A program made the position numbers and the translations under genes. This document shows, one piece after another, positions 11,650 through 25,174 of a DNA stretch of 64,000 nucleotides (position 1 is the stretch's first letter; each line of letters starts with the position of its first letter). Source of the stretch: Camelus ferus (lineage: Eukaryota). Location: positions 2,792,001-2,856,000 of the forward strand of contig NC_045696.1 in assembly GCF_009834535.1 (NCBI RefSeq). Direction: 5' to 3'. The notes under the pieces are model-generated. The model was not told the DNA's origin. It saw only the letters and a list, made by a program, of their open reading frames with translations, and did not search any database.

Positions 11650-12286
11650 TGGGAATGGAAATTGGTGCAGCCACTATGGAAGACAATAAGGAGAGTCTTC
11701 CAAAAAATGAAGAATAAAATTGTGATATAATTTAGCTATTCCATTTCTGCATATTTGTCCAAAGAATATAAAAACACTAATTCAAAAAGATATCTGTTCA
11801 TAGCAGCACTGCTTACAATAGCCAAGCTATGGAAAAAACTTCAGTGTCCATCAGCAGATACCTGGATAAAGACAATGTGGTGCATATGTACACAGTGGGT
11901 TACTACTCAGCCATTCAGAAAATAAAATGAAGCCATTTGCGGCAGCATGGACGGACCTTGAGGAGTGTGTGCTTAGTTAAATTAATCAGGCAGAAAAGAT
12001 AAATACCTATTATCTCAGTCAGGTGTGGAATACAAAGAACCAACAAACAGAAACAAAACAAGTGGACAACAACAACAACAACAAAACACATGTAGATACA
12101 GAGAACAGAGTAGCATTTACCAGAGGGGGAGGGGTGGGGAGAGGGTGAAGTCGCTGAAGGGGGCCAAGTGTATAGTGATGGCTGGAAACTAAATTTCTGG
12201 TGGTAAGCACGCTGTTGTGTATGCAGAAGTAGAAATATAATGTTGTAAACCAGTATCACCTCAACAGAATAAATTTTAAAAAAAAA
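11650..12286 (+). mobile_element. L1 3' fragment
   Basis: gggaatggaaattggtgcagccactatggaa...gttcatagcagcactg...A-tail at ~12278-12286. Confidence 0.85.
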
Positions 12287-12411
12287 GATTGTTAATACCA
12301 CCACCCACCTCATCAGAGAAATCTTAAAGTCCTGGGACGTGATCAAGTTTACATGACAGGGACCTGCTTTCCAGAATTCTAATTGTCACTTGAAAGTTAA
12401 AATTTCATCAC

Positions 12412-12830
12412 ATGGATGTTTCTGGAGAATGTCATTCTAAGTGAAGTAAGCCAGAAAAAGAAAGAAAAATACCATATGAGATCGCTCATATGTGGAATCT
12501 AAAAAAAAACAAAACAAAACATAAATATAAAACAGAAACAGACTCATAGACACAGAATACAAACTTGCGGTTGCCAGGGTGGGAGGAGGGTGGGAAGGGA
12601 CAGACTGGGAGTTCGAAATTTGTAGATACTGACAGGCATATGCAGAATAGATAAACAAGATTGTACTGTGTAGCACAGGGAAATATATACAAGATCCTGT
12701 AGTAGCTCACAGCGAAAAAATGTGACAATGAGTATATGTATGTTCATGTGTAACTGAAAAATTGTGCTGTACACTGGAATTTGACACAACATTGTAAAAT
12801 GACTATAACTCAATTTAAAAAATGTTAAAA
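12412..12830 (+). mobile_element. Young 5'-truncated L1 3' end with TSD
   Basis: L1 3' UTR with A-tail; perfect TSD aaaatttcatcac at 12399-12411 and 12831-12843. Confidence 0.9.
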
Positions 12831-14551
12831 AAAATTTCATCACTGACAGCAGGTACTCTCCATTGGTTTCTTTGAAGCAACAAACTCCTTTGTTTATTTT
12901 AAAGAAAATCTGCCAAACACTGAAGTTAGAATAACCGGAAGTTTGTCATTGGTTGGTCGGTGAACCAGGCAGCAGCCACGTGGGCTCAGACACCACACGC
13001 ATGCCCATCCCCAGGCAGCCGTGTCCCTGCATCCGCGGCAGAGCTCCACGTGACTTCCATTTCCTCGCACAGAATGTTGGAATGTTGTGAAGGTGATGAT
13101 CAGGGCTTCATAAAGCTAACCCGTTCTGCTTCACTGAGGACCTTCGTAGTGAACCTGCCATTCTTTCACAGCGAGTGTGTGGTGGTGCGCACAAGGACGG
13201 GGGGGACAGCTTGGTGCCTGCCACCTGATCCTCTTAGAGAAGCTGCAGTCGTGCCCGCACGTGTCCCCGTGAAAAAGGCGAGGAACGTCTTAGTGTTGTC
13301 ATAAAAGTAGCTTTGACGACGCTCATCCCTGAATGGGCCTGAGGTCCCCTAGGGCCCACGGGCCACATGTTGAGAGCAGCTGGTTAGACTCAAACGTCCT
13401 GCAGAAGAATGAAGTCCTTGGAACTTGACTTCTCGTCGGTTACTCCCAGGATCTCGTTAGCATTTTCTTCTCCTTTACATCATTCACCTGCTTATCAACC
13501 TGTAATTCAGAGCTGGTGAGGTGCGAAGTCTCTTGCCTGGGCATTCGGGGCTCAGTGGGGGCCCCCCTCATGTTATGGTGAGTGGAGTCCTCCAGGGCCT
13601 CTCGCTCCACGTGCCAGGAACTGTTCAAATGTCCTAACAGACTGTCTGCTCCGATAATTCTCCAAATCACTTGATTCCCTAATCCCATCTCCTCAAAGAG
13701 GCCCTTTGCTGATGAGTTTGCACTGCACAGTGGAAACGTGGCAACGCCAGGACGGAGCCAGCCAGCAAGTGCACTCAGGTGTTCGGGAATTTAAAAGGAT
13801 GTTAAGTCTACAAAGCACATCCGCCCACAAATCAGTAACAGAGAGATGACTGGAGAATCCCCCGGTATCTGGAAACTGTATTATACACCGATGTAGAGCA
13901 CACACAACGCAGAGTTTGCTGTTCTGACTACCTGCATGCGTACAGGTCACATGGTTGCTGTGGCCCTGCCGTCCCCGCGACCCGTCCGCAGCGCTCGGTC
14001 GTCTGGCAAAGCTGAGCCTCTGGGCCGTGGAAGGGCTGCTCCCCACCCCTCCCACAGCCCCTGGGGGTCGCGGTTCTGCCTCTGTCCCTGCCTCCTCTCC
14101 AAGCCTCATCAGGGTGGAATCATGCAGTGTTTGTCCTTTGCTGACTGGCTTCTGTCCCTGGGCTCGTCGCATCCTCAGGGTTCATCCATGTCATGTCCTG
14201 GGTCAGAATTTCCTTCCCTTTTAAGGCTGAGTAATAATTGTTCTGCATTTTAAGAGAGAGAGAGAGCATTTCCCAACTAGGTCAACGAATAGCTGAAACA
14301 TGATAGCCAGCAGGAGGGCGGAGCGAGGCAACAGTGGAGGAGTCCAATGTAGGCGGCAGGAGAAGGCCCAGGGCTCCGGCTGGACAGGGGCCTGGGCCCG
14401 AGCCAGCGTGCACTTCCCACCGTATAGGAGGGTGCCAACGTGCTCGGACAGGCTGGAGGAAGCACACGAGGCAAGAGCTGTGAAATGACATGGCATGTGC
14501 AGCTGGCACCGGGCATGGAGTCAGGTCAGGATTTCCAGGCTTTGGAACCTG

Positions 14552-15000
14552 GGATGGTCAGTTTTGTGTGTCAAGGTGGCTGGGCTCGGGTGCCCAGTTG
14601 TGGGGTCAAATACCAGTCTAGATGCTGCTGTGAAGGTATTTTTCAAATGTGATTAACATTTAAATTGGTCAACTTTGAATGAAGCAGAGCCTTCTCTGTA
14701 GCGTGGGTGAGCTGCGTCCAATCAGTTGAAGGCCTGAAGAGGAAAGACTGAGGTTCCCCGAGGAGGAAGGAATTCTAGCAGCAAATTGCTGCAGCATCAT
14801 CTCTTCCTAGAATTTCCAGCCCACCAACCTGCCCTGCACATTTCAGACTTGCCAGCACCCACACGGCATGAACATATTCCTTAACATCAGTCTCTGTCTC
14901 TTTCTCTTTGTGTGTGTATCTTTATCTATCTGCCTATCTGCCTATCTATCATCTATCTATCTACCTGTCTATATGTAATCTGTATGTCTATGTATAAATT

Positions 15001-15033
<33 letters not shown>

Positions 15034-15126
15034 GTGTGTGTGTCTGTCTATCTCTCTATCTAATGTCTCTCTCTGTATCTCTGCAGCCTGTTGGTTCTGT
15101 TTCTCTGGAGACCCCTGACTAAGACA
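14552..15126 (+). mobile_element. ERVL MLT2-type LTR containing a compound microsatellite
   Basis: gatggtcagttttgtgtgtcaa...ctagatgctgctgtgaaggtattttt...ccaatcagttgaaggcctgaa...cctgttggttctgtttctctggagacccctgactaagaca. Confidence 0.85.
14890..15082. repeat. Compound microsatellite (TCTA/CT/TA/GT)
   Basis: Direct reading: (tcta)-like run, then (ct)n(at)n(gt)n. Confidence 0.9.
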
Positions 15127-15519
15127 GCTCCACCTTCTGTCTCTATCCAGGCCCCTCTCCTGGCACGCTGAGGTCCCCAGGAGAGCAGGGATGCCTTGTC
15201 TATTTGCTGCACCACTTCTTCCTTCCTACTGTGGACGGCAAGGCCGGGTGGAACCACCCTGGAAGGTGGTGTCCTGGCTCTTCCCGGGGGGGTTACACAG
15301 GTGGGGCTCAGCCTCAGGGGATGTGCTTCAAGTCCTGCTTCCTCTCCAAGTGTCCTTGGAAAGGTTGCCCTCCTGCTTGCTCAGATCCCCAGGGCTCAAC
15401 ACTCCGGCCTGGAGGGGCTGTGGCCATTGGGCTGCCTGAGGAGGAACGGGGGCCGGAGAGGTGGGGGGACAGAGAGGCTGTGGTCTAACTGCAGGTGCCT
15501 CTCCCATCTGCTCCACAGC

Positions 15520-16107
15520 ACAGTGATTCAGTTATATATATATATTCTTTTTCATATTAGGTTATTACAAGACTGAATATAGCTCCCTGTGCTATACGAT
15601 AGGACCTTGTTATTTTATATATAATTAGTATCTGCTAATCCCAAACTTCCAGTTTATCCCTCTCCACCCCCTTTCCCCCTTGGTAACCATACTTTATTTG
15701 CTATGACTGTGAGTCTGTTTCTGTTTTGTAAATAAGTTCATTTGTATTCTTTTTTTTGATTCCACATATAAAAGATATCATATGGCATTTTTCTTTCTCT
15801 TTCTGACTTACTTCACTTAGTATAACAATCTCCAAGTCCATCCATGTTGCTGCAAATGGCATTATTTTATTCTTTTTATGGCTGAGTAGTATTCCATTGT
15901 TTAAATGTACCACAACTTCTCTATCCAGTCATCTGTCAATGGACATTTAGGTTGTTTCCATGCCTTGGCTACTGTAAATAGTGCTGCTGTGAACATTGGG
16001 GTATATTTGTCTTTTTTGGATATATGCCCAAGAGTGGGATTGCTGGATCATAGGGTAAATCTATTTTTAGTTTTTTGAGGAATTTCCATACTGTTTTTTT
16101 TTTTTTT
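15520..16107 (-). mobile_element. L1 3' fragment
   Basis: Reverse complement of the same L1 3' UTR/ORF2 end (gattccacatataa...tccatgttgctgcaaatggc...gattgctggatcata). Confidence 0.85.
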
Positions 16108-17599
16108 TGAGATATGTTTTGCACCAGTGTTTAGCTAATTCTCTTTACCCGATCACAGAAAGCTCAGGGCTTTTTGTAAGAAGCCAACAGCGTTTTCTCA
16201 AATATGCTGCTTTGTGGGTTTGCGCGTCTCCAGCGACATGTACAGCTCTGCGGCAGGGACGCCGGTGCTCTGTGTGTCCCAGACCACGCTTCTCACAACG
16301 TAGCCTTGGTGCTGCGACCGGCAGTTTCTTGGATGCACCGGCTTCTCCCACTGGCTCCTGAATCCGCCCCCTGCCTCCTCCCTGGGAACCCCCTCCAGTC
16401 AGCCTGTGCCAGGCGGGCAGGAATTAACCAGCTTCTACAGCAGCTCGTTCTCATTCAGTGTGCTCACCTGCCTCTGGGAACCAGTGATTCAAAAGTAAAC
16501 ATTTATTATTCATCATTTACGAGACTGGAAATGTTACACGCACAGAACTCGAGAAATACATTGTCAGCGACTGGGCAACAAATTTTTGATATATTACAAG
16601 TTTATGTCCTACATCACCAATTTGCCCAGATGTCCCTCCGGTCTGTCATCTGAAGACAGAAGCATCTGATGCTTTGAAAGTTTTATCTTCCTCGTTTATG
16701 GCCGTTCTCCCCTTGGGCTCTAATCTATTTCCTGTCCCCTTGTCAACAGCACTTCAAGGTGTGATGCAATAACCTGAGGGCCACGGACTAGTAACTGTCT
16801 TGTGTTTACGTGACACCCTTCTCCAAAGGATGGAAGGTGCTTGAAGGAGAGCGCTCACAGTTGCAGTGCCCGTGTGTGGGACGCAGGGGTGGGTGTTACT
16901 GTTATCTTTCTAACTTCATTTTGGAAATTTCCACGTGCACAAGAGAGGGCAGAGCATTGCACACCTGCACGTGCCCATTGCTCGGCTGTAACATTACAGC
17001 ATGCTGCCAATCTTGTTTCATCTATTTCCCATCCTTATTCCCCCTGCGATTAAAACAAATCCCAGACATCATGCTATTTCATGGCAGTAGGAAGCGTAAA
17101 TGTTAATAATTTCACTTTATGGGAAAATAGAGGCACTGAAAAGCAGACTCTCACTGAAAATGATGCACCAAGTTTGTGGGGGAAGGTGGGTACCAAAAGG
17201 TAGGGGGAAGGTAGGATTCCCCTGCATCCTACTGTGCTCCTGCAAAGTGAAGCAACTCTCCCACACACGGATTCACTGAGTCCCAGGTAGAGTGTGTCAC
17301 CTGCCCCACGGTGTCAGTGGGGGCAGAGGTGTTCAAACAAATGCACCGCGTGGCCAGATCTATCTCAGTCCACAGGTATTTAAATAAATTCAGAGTTTAT
17401 GTCCTGAAAGTAAACATCCGAGTCCCTCTAACGAATAATTTGGAAGCAGAATGCCCAAAGTTACATTTACTCAGAGGAACATCATTTCAAATCCAAACAT
17501 ACAGAGTCAGAAAGAATGCATGTGTGACCTTCTGTCCAACTGCAACCCTACAAATACCTGTTTTGTTGCTGCGCTGGCAGCGCCAGCGTTCCTGCGAGG

Positions 17600-19170
17600 G
17601 GAATGATAGCAAGCACCATCTCCTGTGAAGACATCTGAAGTGTCCAGGGTGGTCTCCTGACCACCTGTGGAGCTTCGGGGACCTGGGCATCAAGGGAACG
17701 TGGCCAGACACGTCGCTGCCCTCCAGTCTCCGCAGAGGGCTGTGTCTTCCAGGGCGGCTCCCACGGGCGAGAAGGATGATTTGGGAGTTTCCTTTGGTCC
17801 CTTGAGGTGCCCCCGGGAAGCTGCTGTACAACAGAGTTTGGCCATCTTTGTCTCTGGTTCCTGGGTGGGCCCCTGACCCCTCTGACCAACCTGAGTTTAT
17901 GCTAACGAGGTGACAAACAGTGGCCCCAGAGAGCTTCAGGAGGGGCCCACTGCGCCAGAAAGACCACCCATGGGCTTAGAGGGTCGGGACTTTGAGTCCA
18001 GTGATACCAGCCTGCCTGACCTCGACCTCCAGGCCGGGGATGGGGGCTGGGAATTGGACTCAGTCACGTGACCAGTGGTTCAGTGGTGCTTGTGTAACAA
18101 ACCCTCAGCAGGGCTCCAGACACTGGAGCTCAGATGTGCACCCCAGGTGGTGAGGCACGTGGACGTGCCAGGAGGGGGGCCCACCCGAGGGCCCTTGCAG
18201 ACCTCGCCCTGTAATCATCAGTACAGTGCTTTCCTGAGTTACGTGAGTGGTTCCAGCAAACGATGGAACAGGAAGAAGTGGCGGGAAGCCCCTAATTTTT
18301 AGCCAGTTGGTCAGAAGCACAAGAGGCCTGGAACCCTCAAAGTGCCACTGGTGTCTGGGAGTGAGGGTGTTGCCAAAACTTGGCCTCTGTACCCTGCTTA
18401 CTGAATTGAGACTCGAGGAGAGTTTTGGATGAAGTAGAAGAGGCAGCTTTATTTCTTTGCCAAGCAAAGGAGGTCGAAGTGGGCTAATGCCTCAAAGACC
18501 GGGAGCCTGCCAGGGAGAGAAGGCAGGGATATAGTAAAAGTTCAAGAGTTCAAAGGGCGGAGCTGGTTTCCATAGAGATCACATACAGAGTAACAGATTG
18601 TTGCAAAGTCGTTCCTGTTTTTGCAGGCACAAGGGTCCCCTTCCTTCTGCTGGGTATGATGTTCACCTCCAGCTTTGGGACTTTCTTAATGTTCTTGTTC
18701 CTAGAACAAAGGGTGCATAGGAAGGGGCTCTGTGGAAAAGAGCTCTAGAGAGAAAACTTGTGCAGTTTAAAGTCAGGTGGATAAATGCGTTTAGCCTTTT
18801 AAGCAGGCCAAGGCCTGGGACAACAGGACACAAAGAAACTACAGGGCATCCAAAGGAGGGTACTGGGGTCAGGGGCAGGGCACTGAGCATGATCCCTGCA
18901 CACAGCACCACAAGGGGGTTGGGTGGACCACTCAAACCTCCCTCCTCTCCAGCCCAACCCTGGTTGGCAAGAGCATGAGAAAAACTGTTTAAACCATTAG
19001 ACAGCTGAGCAATTACAAACACCACTGCAGATATCAGATGGTCACTGATGATAACAGGGTTCTGCTCGGTTACAAGTGCCATCTTGTGGGAGTGCTGTGC
19101 CCTCAGCCTGCGGGGTCTGCGCTGCCCGCTGATCTGGTGTCAGAGTCGCACACTCACTGTGGGCACAGCC
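17600..19170. mobile_element. MER21/MER77-like old LTR split by a younger LTR insertion
   Basis: gccagaaagaccacccatg..ttagagggt, ccctaatttttagccagttggtcagaag before 18368; cttgtgggagtgctgtgccct..ggggtctg..ggtgtcagagt after 19074. Confidence 0.5.
18368..19074 (-). mobile_element. ERV1-class solo LTR
   Basis: Minus strand starts TGTAACCGAGCAGAACCC and ends ...TTTTGGCAACA, with AATAAA (plus tttatt 18448-18453). Flanks aggg/agtg form an imperfect 4-bp TSD. Confidence 0.75.
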
Positions 19171-20373
19171 CTGACCTCAGCACAGCACCCCGGGGACCCA
19201 GGGGCCTCTCCCCGGCCACCCTGAGTGGGGCAGGACCCCTAGCCCAAGCCTGCGCCGAGGGCAGGCAGGGACGCGTCAGAGGGCCCAGCATCTAGCCCAG
19301 GTGCCGCTTCACGTGCGGCTTAAAACAGCTGTGTGAGATTTTATCATCAAATAACACACACGTTATGAAAAGCTCAAGTACAGAAGCAAACAAAAATACA
19401 GATGTCAATAAATGACGTAGCCTCAGGGTCCTCGTGGGCACCCTCTATGCCCTGGAAGAGGCGTTCCCTTCAGGGAGCTCATCCTGTTTTAGGAGGGACG
19501 GGAAAGTCTGGTATGGTTCCCTCAGGGAAGGCGGGGATGCTGCCTCTGGGAGCACCCCCTGCTCCTGCCCAGGCTCCTCCTCTGGCTCCCATGTGGGCTG
19601 GCCAATGGCGGCACCGTCAGAATTCACAAGGTAGGTGGGGAGTGAGGGGGTCACACCCAGGTCGCCACAGGTGCGCGGTCCCTCGCCCACTGCCATGGCC
19701 TCATGCATTCACCCGCCTCCCCGGGTTCTGGGGACGCCCCTCCCTGCCCTCCGCTGATGGACTCTCAGCCCTTGGTAACCCCACTTGAGGAACCAGCACT
19801 GCAGCATCCCTTGGCCACAGCTTGTGGCCAGGGCCTGGGCAAAGTGACCTCAGATTACTCGGGCTTCTTGGTGCATTGTGTCCCGCGGGGCCTTGCCAGT
19901 GCACAGGAGCAGGGAGGGGGCAGCTGAAAGCAGCCTGCGCCCTTTGGGAATGGCCACCACCCGCCCACCCGGCTCTGAGGCTCATTGTGGAGATGCCCGG
20001 GGGTTCTGGTTGGACCAAATCAGGGTGAGATGGGACAAGCCCATAAAGGTCACTGAGGACAGAGGGCAGAGGTCAGATGCCAGTGGAGCTGTCCACACCA
20101 CAGACCCTCTGTGCAGCGGGGCTGGTGAGGCTCCTCTTCCATCGTGGGTGGGGGTCTCCCAAGTGTCAGACGTGGGAAAGCATCCTCACGGGCAGGCAGT
20201 AGCCCACCCTGGAGACGTGCAACTCCCTGCCTCTGCGTCTCAGGTTATCACAGGACCAGGAGATGCCAAAGGGGTCCCGGGGCAACAGGGCACTCCTGCA
20301 TCACTCGGACGCCCCAGAGCGGAGTTTCTCAACGTCTGGTCCAGCTCCACCTGCTTCTGAGTCACTGAGCATC

Positions 20374-20791
20374 TGTCCAAAGTGCAGATTATTGGTGCGG
20401 AGCCCCAGGAACCCACCTCCCGTGGCCCCCAGGACTTAGAGAAGACCTGCTGTCTGCGTTTCCTTATGCCTCCTACAGGGCTCATAGGAGACGCCCTTTT
20501 ACACAGACCCTCCAAATTTCCCTTTCTTTGTCTCGTGGATAGTTGGCTAAGACTGGAATTGTCCCCGAGAAACCAGCTAGACACAGATACACATTTCTTT
20601 TCAGTGAACTGACGGCCGTCCCCCAAGGGCCCTGCCTGCAGAAGCCAAGGCAGGACCGCTCTGCTGAGACCGAGATCTTCGGGCGGAGGCCCTCCTGACT
20701 GCAGCCGGAACAAGATCAGTTTCCACTCTGTTTCGTCCTGACAGTTCCCGCCCTGTGCCCACCCAGCCAGGAATCAGCGTTCTTGCTGGCA
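20374..20791. mobile_element. Probable old solo LTR
   Basis: tgtccaaagtgcag...ttcttgctggca: TG...CA ends, ~420 bp, LTR-like composition. No TSD seen. Confidence 0.35.
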
Positions 20792-23700
20792 CCCTTGGGC
20801 GATTCCTGAGGTCAAATTGGAGCAGCTCCACCCTGGAGGCGGCGGCACCAGGGACGACACACAGTCGAACCTTGGACACTATCTGCATTAGCAGGTGGGG
20901 GCACCGCGGGCGTCTGGCTGGGGAACTCGCTCTCCAAGCCCAGTTCTGTCCTTGAGCTTGTGTTCACAGGCCACTCTGATGTGCCCCGGGGTGGGGGGTG
21001 GGACGCCAACCTCATAAACAGAACAGATTTGAGTAAATCAACGGTAAGAATTTCGAGGTCAGAAAGAGCGTCCTTCACGTGCCAGGGACCCAGGCCTCTT
21101 CCCTCACCAGCAGGTCCCCACGCAGCCTTGTACTGGTTTGTCATCCTCACCGCTGCTGACAACGAACGAGCTCCTCCCTGGGACTATCACCAGAACTGTG
21201 GCGGCTGCCAGGTTCCTTGGCACAGAATTCCTCTCTGAGTCAGAGCCTGAGGCCATTAGCGACGGAGGAACAGGGCCACACATCTGCGAGTCATCTGCAA
21301 ATTTTATGATGAATTAAAACGATCTGTTACAGAGGCTCATGCATTATGTATTAACCCAGTACCTCTGCAAGGACACAACAGTCTCCTTTACTTGTACACG
21401 TATTTTTCTAAAGACTCTCTAACTCCAGTAATAAATTCAGATACCTAAAATTGACTATCCAGTGACACGAGATGAAAGTTCCTCCTCTCTGTGTTGTCAG
21501 ATCCTTAATGACAAATCTAACATTCAGTGAAAGGAGGACATAGTGGAAATCCCCAGAATGCTAAACAGGCGGAAGACAGAATCATGCTTTTAGATGAAAT
21601 AAGATTGAGCAAAAATACAGCATCAAAAGATGCTGGGAAAGAAGCCTTCAACAGGGTTCAAGTACCACGAGCTCTTTAAGCTGTCCCCTGCATGCACCTG
21701 TACACCTGCTGATGCCATCAGGATGCTTTAAAGGACACTGTGGCGGGATGTGAAGGGGAAAGGTGGGACCTGAAAGCCACAAGCAAGAAAAGGGTCAGCT
21801 TGTAGGACCGCGAGGCCCAGGCCAGGGCTCGTCCCGCCCACGATCCTCGCTGCACAGAGCGGACTTCTTAACTGTGTCCTAAACATGTCTCCCTCCTTTC
21901 CCGTCAGCATCTCAGAGGGGATGATCAGGTGCCCAGTGTCAGTTTTCACCACTGCCTTTCCCTCTTTTTTCCCCCATCAACTCTATAGTTTAACAATGCT
22001 CTCTGAAAACAGCTTCCGGTGGTGTGATGATTGTCTGTTTCCATGCCATAAGCCTACATTTTAATTTCGTACTGGAACATCGTTTCTTTTCTGATTCCTC
22101 CCTTATTCCTGCAGCAGCGACTTGCCATATGTCCTGAAGGAGACGGTGTTTTCCTTTGGTTTCCCCCAGCTGGCTCGGAGTGGAGGGTGATGTATTTTAA
22201 GCCCCACACTTGAAAACCCTTGGCAAGGCTTCTGATGAACTAAAAGCATCAGGATAAACTTGTAACCCAGGCTCTGATTAGTTTGGATTTCGTAAGATTT
22301 CAAAGCCAGTGCTTAAAAAGGAAAAAAAATACTAGGGGGCCAAGGAGACAGGGTGGACTGCATCCCTTGAGGGCGGGTCCCGCTGGCGCCCGAGGACAGA
22401 GTGTGGCTGGCCCAGGAAGTGTGGCCCTTGGAGCCTGGGGGCCGCTTGCCGAGGGGATCCAGGCAGTCAGCCAGGCCTCGGCCACCAAGGAAAGCACAAA
22501 GACGTTTCCTTCCGGTCTTCCCACGTCTGCAGGCCTCTGGTTGCCTGCTTTAGATGTTAGGCTGGCACAGCTGCCCCGGCCACATTCTGTGCCCTGACTT
22601 GTCCCACCAGCCACAACCCTGCTCAGCGGGGGAGTCAGCCGACGGGGTCAATAAAGAGACACCTTCAACCTCATTTCTTAAGAAGTGTTGCTTCTTAAGC
22701 AGACTCTGAACAGCCCACTTTCTGGGACATCCATTTCCGTCTTCACGTTTTCACCCTCCTGCTTCCCATGAGCTGATGTGCCAGGCGCGCTGATGTGATG
22801 GTGGTGACCGGAGGGGGTGTTGTGGCATGAACGTGACCCGTGACAGGGTCACAGACATGAGCTACGGTCATGTGACATGACCAGGACCGTGTGATGTGAC
22901 TACGAACACGTAGCATGACTACCAACGTGTGACGTGAACCGGAGATAGAATGAATCGCGTGGCCACAAACACGCAGTGACCGTGAACGTGAGCGATGACC
23001 ACGTCCTGAGAGGCTTGGCAGCAGACGGAGGCGGGGGCAGATAAGAAGCAAGTTCTGAAACGCATGGAGCCAGAAGCTAGTCGGTGGAAAATTCTTTCAG
23101 TCATGAAGAACTGTGTCAGGATCTGGTTCCCACTGTGCCTAGACAAACAGCTTCTCTCCCGCGAGGGACACGCCAGGAGGTGCGTGTGCAGGTGAACACA
23201 GGCCTGCCTTTCTCTCGTCAGGCGAACCGGGATTCCTGCGTCTGAAGACAAACAGCAAGCGCACCTGTGTGCGGTCAGTTTCTGTGCATCCGAACTATCC
23301 AAAACCAAGCTGCCCAACCCCGCAGGAGGAAAGGCTGAATTATCTCGACATTCTGGCAGCACAGTACTATGAGATCACCACTTGGAGAAGGAATGAAAAG
23401 GCACGCGCTCCCAAACGACGTCTCATTAGCTGCCTGGCACAGGCAGTGTGGCACGCAGTTAATAAAGCATCATGTCTTTTCCTGGATTTTGTGATGTTTA
23501 TGGTATCTGCCAACTTTTAAAAATTATAAGCTATTTTTTTCTTATTCTAAATAATACTCACTTTCTTACCTAAATTTTGAACTCACAATTCTGCATTATC
23601 TTTGTTTAAAAGAGCTCTCCAAGTTCTACAAGCTTCAGGCTCCACAAAACCGGAACTCATCCTTGATAATCGTCTATACCTTCTCTCACTCTCTTTTTTT

Positions 23701-25174
23701 TCTGTTAATCTTCATTGAACCTCTTTTAGCCTTTAGTAATAGTCATTCATGGATGTAGGAACTAATTGAAAAAAAAATAGTTTCAATATATCTAAGAAAA
23801 ATATATATCCAATAAAAATTTACTTTATAAGTTTAAAAGTATTTGAAAGTTAGACTATTTATAAGTAGTTTAGTAAAGTTTATAAAAAATGTTTTTATTA
23901 AGATTGATAGAATATTTTTAGAAGCTTTGATTTTTTTCAAAAATTAAAAGTTTACCTTTTAAAATACATTTTAAAAACTTTAATATTAATTTAAAAAAGT
24001 CTGTCCAAGAATCTATCAGGCATAAAAGAACTCTGACATTTTTAAAAATAAAAAGCGTTAAATTATTAAATGTTAAGAGGAAAAGAAATTGAAGTAAAAA
24101 AGGAGGAATTGCTAAACCTCAGAAAAACATTTTCTTCAAGAGACGCTAAAAATCCCAGTAAATCAAGCAGCAGCCAGCCAGGGCCACGCAAAGCCTAGCT
24201 GCTGTTCTCGCAGTTTCTATTTTAGGCCCCGGTTAACTCGCTCTGAAAGCCGAGCTGAGTGGCCCTCTCGGGCCGCCTCCTGACTCCCTTCTCCCTCCTC
24301 TGGATTCTTGGGTTTGCGTGACTCCTTAGTCAGGGTTTCTGACAGTTCTGTGGGTCTGTCGTCCTGCCACCCAGCCCCCGCGCCAGCTCTCCAATCCTTG
24401 GGTCATCAGCAAGTCGGTTCATCTCCAAGTGGCTGGGTTTCACTCCTGCCAAGGGCGCATGGAGATAAGAGTCTCTGAAGAAAGGCTATTAGAAGATGGA
24501 ACACGCGGAGGACAGACAAAAGTGCTAACATTGGTTATGTCCAAACGCGTGGAAAAGAAACAGAAAGGAAAACATACTCAGAGATAGACTCCAGGAAAAT
24601 TTCCTCGAAATGAAGAATTGTGTCAAATACAGGTGAGAGCAGAGAGAAGAAACAGACATGTGGTCACCGTCAAAGCAGCTCGCTCCGTGCCTCTGAGCCT
24701 GAAGGAAACGTACAAGCCACTTGTCAGATAAGCGTTGCTGCGGGGCGTCCACACACTGTTGCAGCTGCCCTCCAGGGCGGCCGCTGGCCAGGCTGCCCAG
24801 ACCTCCAGGAGCCCCCTGGCCACCCTGCCACGGAGGGGCGCCGGGCTGGCAGGCAGGACACCCTCACTCTGCCTGGAGAAATTAGAAAGTGGCCTGTTTC
24901 CTCTTCCTGCCTCGCGTCTTCCTCTTCCGTTTTATTCTTCATGCAACTAGGAGGATTTTTAAAGCTCTTTCTATTGTGAAAGTTGGAGAGAGCAGAACCG
25001 TGCACCTCCGTGTGCCTGTCACCCAGCTGCAGCAGACATCAGCATTTTAGAGTTCTTTTACCGTCTCTGCAGCTCACCCCTTCCCCCATTTTTTGGTCAG
25101 AATATTTCAAACAAATTACCAGTATTAAAAAAAACCAAACAGATAGTTAAATTCCTCTCCTACAGGACAGAGCC

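Larger units (their letters stand above)
11090..13382. mobile_element. hAT-Charlie1-like DNA transposon fossil interrupted by two L1 3' ends
   Basis: Charlie1-like blocks at ~11090-11645, ~12290-12410 and ~12840-13382, ending gggccacatgttgagagcagctg (TIR-like). Confidence 0.6.
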
